Shown piece by piece: positions 24,525-36,827 of a stretch of 48,706 nt of DNA; the stretch's first letter is position 1, and every line of letters begins with the position of its first letter. Location of the stretch: contig NC_069006.1 in the NCBI RefSeq assembly GCF_001194135.2, positions 1,733,953-1,782,658 on the forward strand, in the 5' to 3' direction. Position numbers and translations under genes: made by a program. Below the pieces are notes generated by a model. That model was not told the DNA's origin, searched no databases, and saw only the letters and a list, made by a program, of their open reading frames with translations. This DNA comes from Octopus bimaculoides. Its lineage: Eukaryota.

Positions 24525-24700
24525 GAAGGCGAGCTGGAAGAATCGTTAGTGCAGCTGGAGGTAATGCTAAGCGGTAATTCGCCCATCGCTGCGTTCTGAG
24601 TTCAAATTCCGCCGTGGTCGACTTTGCCTTTCATCCTTTCGGGGTCAGTAAATTAAGTACCTCCCCAAATGGCTGCCCTTGTGGCAAAATTTGAAGCCAT
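24525..24700 (+). mobile_element. SINE family 2
   Basis: GGCGAGCTGGAAGAATCGTTAG...GAGTTCAAATTCCGCC (B box)...CCTTTCGGGGTC..AAATTAAGTACC; ATT-type repeats on both sides. Confidence 0.93.
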
Positions 24701-24769
24701 GGTTATCATTATCATCATTATTATTATTAATATGATTATTATTATTATCATTATTATTATTATTATTAT

Positions 24770-24803
<34 letters not shown>

Positions 24804-24804
<1 letters not shown>

Positions 24805-25005
24805 AATGGTGAGTTGGCAGAATCGTTAGCAAGCCGCGCAAAATGCCTGCGGGCATTTCGTCCGTCATTACGTTCTGAGTTCAATTTCCGCCGAGGTTTA
24901 ACGTTGCCTTTTAATCATTTCTGGGTCGATAACATAAGTACCAGTAGCGCACTAAGACCGCTGTAATCGACTCAGCTCCGGTTTCCAAAATTAGGGGCCT
25001 TGCGT
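24804..25005 (+). mobile_element. SINE family 2
   Basis: GGTGAGTTGGCAGAATCGTTAGCA...TTCTGAGTTCAATTTCCGCCGAGG...GTCGATAACATAAGTACCAG; follows (TAT)n(TAG)n. Confidence 0.92.
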
Positions 25006-25409
25006 TGTTGGTCCTACTTGAGTACCGATCCATTACACATAAAAGACTATGAATGCTTCACCTATTCACCTTTCCTCTCCTGCCCCCATTATTATCATTA
25101 TTCTCACCTTTCTTCTTCTTCTTATCATCTTCATCTTCGTCATAATCAACAGCAGCAGCTGTCGTCGTAGTAGTAGTAGTACCATTATTGGTTTTGTTGT
25201 GATAACGATAATAATACTGCTAATGGAGGTGTTTTTATCACGGAGACGCATGAAGCAACACGCACACATATATGCATATATGTATATTAATACATACACA
25301 CACACACACACACATGCACATACACACACATATATATATATGCACACACACACATATATATATATACAAATATATATATATATATATAGACATATATATA
25401 TTTAGAAAC

Positions 25410-25453
<44 letters not shown>

Positions 25454-25773
25454 ATACACCCACTACAATATAATATAGATGAATATATATGTATGTGTAA
25501 ATAAATATAGATTAAAGTAAAACTGAAAAAGTAAAAACGTTTGGCATTACTTGGAAAAGATATTTAATTTAGATAGAGAATATAAACATATCGTCGCTGA
25601 CAGCTTTTTCTAGGATAGCTAAGTAGGTAGCTCTCAAAGAACGTACCGATCTCTTGACGTCAGTTGGCGAAAACTCTTGATATATTTTGTATATGTGTAT
25701 AGATAAATTTATGTATATAGATAGATATGTATATCGCATATATCACAGGTGAATTTGTGTTTGTGTTGTGTGT

Positions 25774-26195
25774 AGGCGCAGGAGCGGCTGTGTGATAAGT
25801 AGCTTGCTTACCAACCACATGGTTCTGAGTTCGGTCCCACTGCGTGCCACCTTGGGCAAGTGTCTTCTACTATAGCCTCGGCCCAAATCCACTTGTGAGT
25901 GGATTTGGTAGACAGAAATGGAAAGAAGCCCGTCGTATATATGTATATATATATATATATGTATGTATGTGTGTGTATATCTGTTTGTGTATCTATATTT
26001 TCTCCCCAAACATCGCTTGACCACTAATACTAGTGTGTTTATGTCCCCGTAACTTTGCGGTTCGGCAAAAGACATCGATAGAATAAATAGTAGGCTTACA
26101 AAGAAGTACTGGGGTCGATTTGCTCGACTAAAGGCGGTGCTCCAGCATGGCCGCAGTTAAATGACTGAAAAAAGTAAAAGAGTAAAAGAGTAAAT
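25774..26195 (+). mobile_element. SINE family 1, full-length tRNA-headed CORE-type SINE with internal microsatellite
   Basis: A-box-like CGGCTGTGTGA, B-box-like GAGTTCGGTCCC, CORE-like CACCTTGGGCAAGTG (cf. MIR core CCTTGGGCAAGT), internal (TA)/(TG) tract at about 25935-25980, tail (GTAAAAGA)n. Confidence 0.92.
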
Positions 26196-26243
26196 AGAGA
26201 GAACGTGTCTGTGTCTGTGTATCTATCTATCTACCTCTCTCAT

Positions 26244-26284
<41 letters not shown>

Positions 26285-26419
26285 CTATTTATCTCTCTCT
26301 CTCTCTCTGTCTATCTATCTATTTATTTATATATAGCAAATGAAAGACAGAAGATGGAGTAATCGAGAATTTATAATTAATCACGACAATTGTTTCAAAA
26401 TTCATTCTCTCTACATTGT

Positions 26420-27330
26420 GCAAAAGTACATATATTATATACGTGTAGGCATCTCAAAAGTCATTCAGAAATTATATTAATGATCTTCTCCTTAGTCCAC
26501 AGAATAGACAGGTATTCGTCGGAGCAGAGACGGCATCTCCTGGAAATTATATTGTATGGTTTCGCATTCCTTATGATGGACCAATTAATGCTGTACTTTG
26601 TTTTATTCTCCTTCAGTCGCCATACAGAATCTGCCAAACATGTTGAATGTCGCTTGTTGCTTGTCTTAAAGCTGACAACATGGTTATGATAACGATTCTT
26701 AAATGAATCGGCCGTCTACCTAATGTAAACATAGAGCCCTCCCCTTGTTTTCACGGTACATTTATACACAAGATTTGTACTCATACAGAGAATCATCAAA
26801 GGACATTTTGATTTTTCTCTGCACGAGCATTTATCATATCTATTTGTATAGAAGGCAGTCCCGATTCCATTTACCGGCGTTTTTGTCGTGCTAGCTGTAT
26901 AATAAGTATTTCTACTAATACAAATTGGTCGTAGTTGATGTTCATCCTTGCACTTTACATCTCCTTGGTTGCTATTTAGATGAAAATGTTCTCTAGATCC
27001 AGTAGGTGGCTTATTGAATCTTTGTTGCAATTTGCTAGTGTTTATGAGATGCATAAGCTGCTCTAAATTAGCAGAAATGGCGTAGGATACCTTCACGGTG
27101 TTTCGATTAAAAATAGCATGATTCCGATTGGATTTAGGAAAATGCCAGTCCAAAGCAACCGATTCCTGATTCCTATATCTGTTGTTAGGTTTATTTGATC
27201 GAAAGTGTTGTACAGGATTGGAACAAGCAGTTGGATTATTATGACGCGTGTGTCTATGACTTTTCTCTGGTGGTTCATTGATATGACCAATTCTTTCTGG
27301 CCTGTATTCTGTATCTGAGTGAGTTCTCAA
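26420..27330 (-). mobile_element. Penelope-like element (PLE) remnant: post-RT linker plus GIY-YIG endonuclease
   Basis: HFPKSNRNHAIFNRNTVKVSY...KCSCREKSKCPLMILCMSTNLVYKCTVKT..YVYIR*TADSFKNRYHNHVVSF..HSTCLADSVWRLKE..SINWSII..AKPYNIISRRCRLC..IINIISE*LLRCLH. One frame from HFPK onward with two in-frame stops; a frameshift lies upstream. Confidence 0.92.
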
Positions 27331-27359
27331 ACCATATATATATATGTATATGTATATAT

Positions 27360-27587
27360 ATATGTGTGTGTGTGTTTGAGTCCGTGTTTTTCCCCCCAAC
27401 ATCGCTTGATAACCGATGCTGGTGTGTTTACGTCTCCGTAATCCTAGCGGTTCAGCAAAAGAGACCGATAGAATAAGTACTAGGCTTACAAAGAATAAGC
27501 CTTGGGTCGATTTGCTCGATTAAAGGCGGTGCTCCAACATGGCCGCAGTTAAATGACTGAAACAAGTAAAAGTGCAAAGAGTAAAGA

Positions 27588-27590
<3 letters not shown>
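27360..27590 (+). mobile_element. SINE family 1, 3' half starting at the internal microsatellite
   Basis: Closely resembles 25990-26190 (CCCCAACATCGCTTGA..AATAAGTACTAGGCTTACAAAGAA..GGCGGTGCTCCAACATGGCCGCAGTTAAATGACTGAAA). Confidence 0.92.
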
Positions 27591-27639
<49 letters not shown>

Positions 27640-27649
27640 GAAATTTATA

Positions 27650-27682
27650 GACGTTTCGAGCCTACGTTCTTCAACAGAAAGG
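27650..27682 (-). ncRNA. Degenerate minimal type I hammerhead ribozyme motif
   Basis: Minus strand CCUUU-CUGUUGA-A-GAAC-GUAG-GCUC-GAAAC-GUC. Same layout as 43578-43612 but with a core change (A6>U), one stem II mismatch and poor stem I pairing. Confidence 0.55.
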
Positions 27683-28780
27683 AATAAGAGAAAATAAAGA
27701 GAGAATGATATATGTGTGTTCGTGAGTTTGTGTATGTGTGTATATATATGTATATATATATATATATGTGTATATATATTTATACATAAATGAATTATAT
27801 ATACATGTATGTGTTTGTATATGAGTGTGTGTTGTATGTATATGCATATGCATGTATATATATATCTGTGTGTGTGTGTTTATGCATATGTAAATGAATA
27901 CATATATATAATACATTATATATATATATGTATGTGTGTGTGTTTGTGCGTATGTATTTGTGTGTGTGTGTATTGCATAAAAGTGGAACATGGCACTAGG
28001 CCCCAACCTCACACTCTTCAGGTCCCTGGAAGCCGCAGTTACTTTACAATAACTAACTCAATTAACAAGTTTAAAAATAAAAACCCGAATATGTTTCTTA
28101 CAAACACCCCTGGCGTCACAAGTATAAATAGAAATTTTATTTGTACATTCTGTAGTTATGTTTACATAGTAACAAAAGTTAAATTTTAAAATGCAAATAA
28201 ACAAGGCCGTAATTGATGAGATCTATATAGAAATTTCTTATCAGATATCATGTGTCCTCTGAATTTCGTTTCATATGGAGTTCATCATCATTTGTTGTTT
28301 ATATGAATGCCATTCTATTTGTTGTTGTTGCAGTTGTTGGTGGCGGTGATGGTGTTAGTGGTTTTGTTGTTGCTACCTTGTTGATGTTTAAATCTAATAT
28401 TTTGTGTAGAATAAAGAACAGTTATTGATGCAGAGTCGTTTTTTTTTTATAATATAATATTTATAATAGGTATGTCATTATAATGATTTATGTGGCCGTG
28501 TGTATCTCTGCTTATCATATGTGTTTGTACGTACGCGTGTGCATCAGAGGGCGTGCGCCTGTGTGAGTATGGGTTACTGTGTGTATGCAAAACAGTTTTA
28601 TATCCTCTTTAATGGCTTTTTTTTTTTTTTAAATAACATTCTAAAAATCTGTTTGGTGGAAGTTTGATGAATTATAAATAAATGATATTTGAATGCTAAC
28701 TTAAACATTGTCTTCCATACAATTTAAATATATTTCTTTAGAAAACAAGTTTTGCATACAATGCTTCTCTGAATATATAT

Positions 28781-28846
<66 letters not shown>

Positions 28847-29111
28847 GCACACGCACAAACACAGACACACAGATACACACACGTTATATTTATGTATTTA
28901 TGTACGTATTTCGTATTAATGGTAACATTCTGCATNNNNNNNNNNNNNNNNNNNNNNNNNNNNNNNNNNNNNNNNNNNNNNNNNNNNNNNNNNNNNNNNN
29001 NNNNNNNNNNNNNNNNNNNNNNNNNNNNNNNNNNNNNNNNNNNNNNNNNNNNNNNNNNNNNNNNNNNNNNNNNNNNNNNNNNNNNNNNNNNNNNNNNNNN
29101 NNNNNNNNNNN

Positions 29112-29154
<43 letters not shown>

Positions 29155-29755
29155 TACGGTAGGTGTACAAATAGAGCAAGTTTAGCTATTTCTCCCCGGT
29201 TTTAAAATTATGATGAACAGCCTTCGTTGATTCTCGAATCGTATTGGGCTATTCTCAGAGGTGTATATATGTGTGTATGGTGGTGTGTGTGTGTGCGTGT
29301 ACGTGTCTCTATACATATATACGTATGTGTTTGTTTTTATTTCAAGTTATATATAAAAATAAACAGACATTGCAATGAAGAGTGCGGTGGCTATGGATCT
29401 GCGTCGTTTGACGGAGAGTACTATGTTGTTCGATCACCTAAATTAGCTGTTTTCTGAATAGACGTATATTAAGAGGCTGACCTTTCAACAGAAACGAATT
29501 CCCTTATTGTAAATGTCAAACCAGAAACATTGTGACACTGTGTGTGACATAGCTGTACCTTTGTTTAAATTAATGATCCTACCCACAAGATGGGCTTCCG
29601 ACCAGTCTCTCTCTGCCCAATTTCACTCATAACTTATAGATTGACTGGAGACTATTCCATAGGCATATTCCAAAGAGCAACCTTTTAAGCATTCAGCCAA
29701 CCAACTGCTACATTGTTGAAGGTGTATGTTATCTTATCTTTTAAAAAAAGGGTAA

Positions 29756-30000
29756 AGGCACATGGCTCAATGGTTAGAGCGTCCGGCCCACAATCATGCA
29801 GTAGTGACTTCGATTCCTGGGCCGAGCTGTGTTTTGTGTTTTTTAGCAAGACATTTTATTTCACGCTGCTCCAGTTCACTCAGCTGTAGGAATGAGTTGC
29901 GACATGACTGGTGCCAAGCTGCATCGGCCCCTTTGCCTTTCCATTGGATAATATCAGTGGCGTGGAAAGGAGCTGTTATGCATGGACGACTGCTGGCAAA
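29756..30000 (+). mobile_element. Third tRNA-headed SINE
   Basis: GGCACATGGCTCAATGGTTAGAGCGTCCGGC (A box TGGCTCAATGG)...CTTCGATTCC (B-box-like), followed by TTAGCAAGACATTTTATTTCACGCTGCTCCAGTTCACTCAGCTG, a conserved-core-like segment. Confidence 0.8.
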
Positions 30001-30129
30001 AATGTGGATTTTCCATCGAGGTTGTTTTAGGTTCTGGCCCACTATGCAGTACCTTAGGCAGGTGATTTCTGCTCTAGCGCCAGGTTGATTAATTGATTAA
30101 TGCCGTATGAGTAAATTTCGTAAATGGAA

Positions 30130-30320
30130 GTCGGTTGTTTGTATCTGTGTTTGTTCCCACCGCCGCCTGACAACCCGTAACTTAGTGGATCGGTAAAAAT
30201 CGCTGATAGAATACGTAGTTGATGTGAAAAGAAAACCTAAGTAGCGGGGCCGATCTATTCGACTAAACTCCTTCGGGTCGTAGCTCCAGCAAGGCCGTAA
30301 TGCAATGACTGCAAAATTAA
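30130..30320 (+). mobile_element. SINE family 1, degraded 3' half
   Basis: CCCGTAACTTAG..CGGTAAAA..GATAGAATA..TTCGACTAAA..CTCCAGCAAGGCCG..AATGACTG. Confidence 0.7.
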
Positions 30321-30425
30321 TAGATTATGGAAAAGATGAACACTTACAAAAGCTTTCGGGTTTGTTCCCCTTGTCCTAAAACACAATAAAAAACAATATA
30401 TTTGCTTCGTTTCCTCAAGCTTATA

Positions 30426-30907
30426 CAGGGTTATTCTAGAAGAACGAACGATTTCATTACGCAATATTTTAATAAGGAAAAGCAATAGAAAACTCCGGCT
30501 AAGTCACAAGTATTTACTCACAATCAACTTTTATTCACTGTCTTACGAGTGTTCAATATGGCCACCAACTACAGCACGGGCAGCATCAATGCGATAAGAG
30601 AATTCCTCCCAGACGCTGTTCTGTGATTTTTTTTCCTTGTGAGGATATGTTAAAGATCGCATTTATGTTTCACCGCTCCCCACTATCCTCGATGAACTTA
30701 AACATCGAATAACAACAGCGATCAACTCAGTAGATCGTGGTATGCTGATATGCGTCTGGGAGGAATTCTCTTATCGCATTGATGTTGCCCGTGTTGTAGG
30801 TGGTGGCCACTGAGAGGAAATAAAAGTTGATTGTGAGTAAATACTTGTGACAAAGCTGGAGTTTTCTATTGCTTATGAAATCGGTTCATTCTTTTTGAAT
30901 AACCCTG
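30426..30907 (+). mobile_element. Tc1/mariner-superfamily non-autonomous element with very long inverted repeats and TA TSD
   Basis: TA|CAGGGTTATTC...GAATAACCCTG|TA. Arms 30426-30616 and 30752-30907, with the inner 58 bp matching 55/58. Remnant CDFF..GYVKDRIYV..LDELKHRITTAINSVDRGMLICVWEEFSYRIDVARVVGGGH is a transposase C-terminus. Confidence 0.9.
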
Positions 30908-31313
30908 TATTTGCAAAACTTCGAGTGGTGCTCAACAATGGCAACGACATGTATCAGTTCGTAGATAGAGACGTAATTAGGAGTGGGTGGCGACCGCAGT
31001 AAGACTATTTACTTTGGAGATAGCTGTGAGTGATTAGCGAAATGAGATACAGAAGCGAAGCAGCAGAAATGGTTTTAGAAAGAAAGTATTACTTAAGAAT
31101 TAGCTGACATTTTGTTTTCCATCCAGGATGTTGCTACGATTGAACAAAAAGAGGAAGATTATAATTAACGCATATAAAAATTGGACATCTAAAGATTTTA
31201 CTAACATTTTAAATTCCTGATTATAGATTCGGTAACATATATAACATATAAAAACATTTTCATTAGCATCGTTGCATATACATACATACCCACATACATA
31301 CATAAATACATAC

Positions 31314-31368
<55 letters not shown>

Positions 31369-32179
31369 NNNNNNNNNNNNNNNNNNNNNNNNNNNNNNNN
31401 NNNNNNNNNNNNNNNNNNNNNNNNNNNNNNNNNNNNNNNNNNNNNNNNNNNNNNNNNNNNNNNNNNNNNNNNNNNNNNNNNNNNNNNNNNNNNNNNNNNN
31501 NNNNNNNNNNNNNNNNNNNNNNNNNNNNNNNNNNNNNNNNNNNNNNNNNNNNNNNNNNNNNNNNNNNNNNNNNNNNNNNNNNNNNNNNNNNNNNNNNNNN
31601 NNNNNNNNNNNNNNNNNNNNNNNNNNNNNNNNNNNNNNNNNNNNNNNNNNNNNNATAAATACATATACTGGTGTGTAAGTGTGTTGTATATAAAAATGTA
31701 CACCAATATTAGATAAATTTTAAAATATACATAAATAAAACTGCAATTCCGCCTAGGCATACATACACACGCAAATGTTTATAGAAATATATGTAAGTCA
31801 TTTATCAAATTATATATATATATTTCTTTTTTTTGGGGGGTATTCATGACAAACACTTTTTGTTGTTGTTGTCATTCATATTACTCATTGTCGTTGTTGT
31901 CGTTTTTAATGAACATGATAATAATGATAATGGCGGAGATAATGATGATTAGGTTTAAATCTACAGAATCTGCAAAATAAAGAATAATAATTAATGCGAA
32001 GTTGTTTTCATAGTATAATATTCATATCTATGATATTTCAATTATTTATGAAGGCATGTGTCTCTACATACATATATACATACATACATACATACATAAT
32101 ACACAGGCACATGCGCACACACACAAACACACACCCGCATGCTTCTCTAAAATATATGTACGATATATATACTTATATA

Positions 32180-32214
<35 letters not shown>

Positions 32215-33256
32215 NNNNNNNNNNNNNNNNNNNNNNNNNNNNNNNNNNNNNNNNNNNNNNNNNNNNNNNNNNNNNNNNNNNNNNNNNNNNNNNNNNNNNN
32301 NNNNNNNNNNNNNNNNNNNNNNNNNNNNNNNNNNNNNNNNNNNNNNNNNNNNNNNNNNNNNNNNNNNNNNNNNNNNNNNNNNNNNNNNNNNNNNNNNNNN
32401 NNNNNNNNNNNNNNNNNNNNNNNNNNNNNNNNNNNNNNNNNNNNNNNNNNNNNNNNNNNNNNNNNNNNNNNNNNNNNNNNNNNNNNNNNNNNNNNNNNNN
32501 NNNNNNNNNNNNNNNNNNNNNNNNNNNNNNNNNNNNNNNNNNNNNNNNNNNNNNNNNNNNNNNNNNNNNNNNNNNNNNNNNNNNNNNNNNNNNNNNNNNN
32601 NNNNNNNNNNNNNNNNNNNNNNNNNNNNNNNNNNNNNNNNNNNNNNNNNNNNNNNNNNNNNNNNNNNNNNNNNNNNNNNNNNNNNNNNNNNNNNNNNNNN
32701 NNNNNNNNNNNNNNNNNNNNNNNNNNNNNNNNNNNNNNNNNNNNNNNNNNNNNNNNNNNNNNNNNNNNNNNNNNNNNNNNNNNNNNNNNNNNNNNNNNNN
32801 NNNNNNNNNNNNNNNNNNNNNNNNNNNNNNNNNNNNNNNNNNNNNNNNNNNNNNNNNNNNNNNNNNNNNNNNNNNNNNNNNNNNNNNNNNNNNNNNNNNN
32901 NNNNNNNNNNNNNNNNNNNNNNNNNNNNNNNNNNNNNNNNNNNNNNNNNNNNNNNNNNNNNNNNNNNNNNNNNNNNNNNNNNNNNNNNNNNNNNNNNNNN
33001 NNNNNNNNNNNNNNNNNNNNNNNNNNNNNNNNNNNNNNNNNNNNNNNNNNNNNNNNNNNNNNNNNNNNNNNNNNNNNNNNNNNNNNNNTTTATATATTTA
33101 TATATAAATTCATATGTAGATACACGTGCATATATATATACGTATGTATATCTATATAAACATATATATATATATGTATATATATATACATATATATGTA
33201 TATATACATATGTATGTATATATGTGTATACATAGGAATGCATGTATATATGCTGG

Positions 33257-33298
<42 letters not shown>

Positions 33299-33556
33299 CT
33301 TATATAGTTATTAGTAAGTAATATTTTCGCATTATGTTTAATGAAATTTTTATAATATTGTAAAAATTTGTTTGGTATATTAACGGAATTTGATGAATTA
33401 TAAATAAATAAGGTTGAATGATGATGTAAACAGAATGTAGTTCATACAATACAAATTTATTTCTTATGAAAGCATTTCTACGTACGTTTCACATTCGAAC
33501 ATGACTGGATATACACACGTGGTATGGAGATATGTAAACATATGTGTATGTACGTA

Positions 33557-33608
<52 letters not shown>

Positions 33609-33839
33609 CATGTATATATATATATATGTGTGTGTGTGCGTCTGTGTGTATATAGATATATGTATATATATGTGTTGGTGTATATGTATATATATATATA
33701 TACATATACATATACATAAATATACATCAATATATGTATGTATATACCCGAACATACGCACCCGTGCATAACACACTCAAATATATGCGCGCACAAACAC
33801 TCATAAATATAGAGCTATAGATAGATATATNNNNNNNNN

Positions 33840-34151
33840 NATATATATTTGTGTGTGCGTGTGGGAATATGCGTGTATATATATATGCTTATACATGCAT
33901 ATATATATGTGTATATATATGTATATATATATATGTATATATATATGTATATATATATATATATGTACCTATCCATACATATATATATATATATATACAT
34001 ATATTTATGTATATATATGTGTGTATATATATGTGTATATATATTATTTATTTATTTATGTATGTGTTTCAGCCAAGTGGCTGCGGTCATGCTGGTGCAC
34101 CACCGTGTGTATATATGTGTATATATATGTATATATATGTATATATATATA

Positions 34152-34200
<49 letters not shown>

Positions 34201-34250
34201 ATATACATATATTCATATACATATATACACATATATATATATATATATAA

Positions 34251-34281
<31 letters not shown>

Positions 34282-34285
34282 CAGA
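33840..34285. repeat. Long degenerate (TA)n/(TATG)n tract containing a 40-bp SINE family 1 tail remnant at 34068-34108
   Basis: Directly visible; TTCAGCCAAGTGGCTGCGGTCATGCTGGTGCACCACC is the reverse complement of the SINE 3' end. Confidence 0.9.
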
Positions 34286-35004
34286 GAGGGAAAGAAAACA
34301 ACATGTACCTGAAAACATCTATATGCGTGTATATCAGTTTGTGTGTTTGTGTATTTGTATATGTTTGTGTGTATGCGTGATTGTGTATGTGTATCTGTTT
34401 GTGTATGTTTGTTTTATATATAATACAATTGTATATCCTTGGAAATAAAATATGCGCTACAAATGATCATAAGTACATGTGTGTACATGGAAATATATGT
34501 ATAAACATGTATGCATATACACGCGTGTATTGTTTAGTATAGTGTTATGTATGTATTTATGTATGTATTTGTGTATGTATGTATGCACGTATGTGGTTCT
34601 CTGTGCTTACGTATATACATTTGTGGACTTGTATATTCTATAGCATTAATAAAAAAAATTATCTTTTTTAATACAACGAATTTTTACAAACGAATACGGA
34701 TTCATTTAAACAGTTTTGACTCCGTACCATACATATTTATATACACACTTCTACACGTAGGCAGATGGTAGTAACACTATATACGGAAACATAGAAACAC
34801 AGAAACACGTGTTGTCTGAATTAGTGGGTGGGTATGGCTAGGGATTTGGCGGTGTTGAAAGGAGACAATGTAAAAGTGGTGAGAGAAAAAAATATATGTA
34901 TAACGAGATAAATGAACAGGTAAAAAGCGTTGGAAATAAAACCCAAAAAGACAGTTTTTAAATTTTAAATACTGTGTTGGCATATAGATATACATTTATA
35001 CATG

Positions 35005-35046
<42 letters not shown>

Positions 35047-35983
35047 NNNNNNNNNNNNNNNNNNNNNNNNNNNNNNNNNNNNNNNNNNNNNNNNNNNNNN
35101 NNNNNNNNNNNNNNNNNNNNNNNNNNNNNNNNNNNNNNNNNNNNNNNNNNNNNNNNNNNNNNNNNNNNNNNNNNNNNNNNNNNNNNNNNNNNNNNNNNNN
35201 NNNNNNNNNNNNNNNNNNNNNNNNNNNNNNNNNNNNNNNNNNNNNNNNNNNNNNNNNNNNNNNNNNNNNNNNNNNNNNNNNNNNNNNNNNNNNNNNNNNN
35301 NNNNNNNNNNNNNNNNNNNNNNNNNNNNNNNNNNNNNNNNNNNNNNNNNNNNNNNNNNNNNNNNNNNNNNNNNNNNNNNNNNNNNNNNNNNNNNNNNNNN
35401 NNNNNNNNNNNNNNNNNNNNNNNNNNNNNNNNNNNNNNNNNNNNNNNNNNNNNNNNNNNNNNNNNNNNNNNNNNNNNNNNNNNNNNNNNNNNNNNNNNNN
35501 NNNNNNNNNNNNNNNNNNNNNNNNNNNNNNNNNNNNNNNNNNNNNNNNNNNNNNNNNNNNNNNNNNNNNNNNNNNNNNNNNNNNNNNNNNNNNNNNNNNN
35601 NNNNNNNNNNNNNNNNNNNNNNNNNNNNNNNNNNNNNNNNNNNNNNNNNNNNNNNNNNNNNNNNNNNNNNNNNNNNNNNNNNNNATATGACAGCATTTGC
35701 ATCTAAGTTACATGAGTACACATATATGTGGCAATGGGTATTGATGCATTCGTATGTCTATACATAAAAGCATGTGTGTATGCATGTATACATATATATT
35801 TATGTACATTTTTATCGTCTATAATGTATATACGTGCATTAGCACACACAACACACATACACACACATATATATAATGTGAATATATTTATATATATTTA
35901 TATATACATATAAATATATATATATATATATATATTTACATATATATATTTATATATACAATATATATTTTTAAATAAACATG

Positions 35984-36022
<39 letters not shown>

Positions 36023-36613
36023 AAGTGTGTAGATTTATATATATATATATGCACACAATTATACATACAAGCATACATACCGAGAAGTATAGATACATAC
36101 ATACGTACATTCATACATACATACATACAAACCTACATATATACATACATATATACATACATATATACATACATACAAAATACATCCAAATATACATACA
36201 GACATACATATATACATATATACAGATATACACGCATACGTACTTACATACATACATACATACATACATAGACCTGAAGGGTGGATGAATGAGATGAATC
36301 AGTTGTTCTGATGTGCAAAGATGAATAATTTCAAAAACAGTGGACGGTACATTGCATCATGGGATACATACTCATCTATCAAAAATCACATTTTTTTTTT
36401 GTTTCTCGCTTTACCACAAGTTGTTTTGTTTTGTTTTGTCTGTTGTAGTTTTTCTATTGTCTAATATATAATATTTATTTTGTGTTTTTCTGTTATTTCA
36501 TTGTGTTATAAAGCACTTCGTGATATTTAACAGTCTCACGATATCTCTTACAATACTTTTTAGGTCACTTTCCACATGTCTCGCTCATGGAAATCTCTCC
36601 CTCTCTTTTTCTT

Positions 36614-36653
<40 letters not shown>

Positions 36654-36796
36654 ATATATATANNNNNNNNNNCTATCTATCTATCTATTTATTAATAGCT
36701 CTATCTATATGTCTGTCTATCTGTGTCTATCTATCCATGTGTTGATGAGTGTGCCTGTCCGTCGGTCCCTCTCTCTTCCTCTGTCTTTGTCTCTCA

Positions 36797-36827
<31 letters not shown>

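Noticed and set aside
25655-25662. Second perfect CRE palindrome TGACGTCA
   Set aside because: An isolated 8-mer with no supporting promoter context.
26390-26689. Plus-strand ORFs over 26.4-26.7 kb
   Set aside because: They are antisense shadows of the Penelope GIY-YIG frame.
29756-29830. tRNA gene
   Set aside because: A/B boxes are present but there is no full cloverleaf and it continues into a SINE body; the same holds for the heads at 24525, 24804 and 25774.
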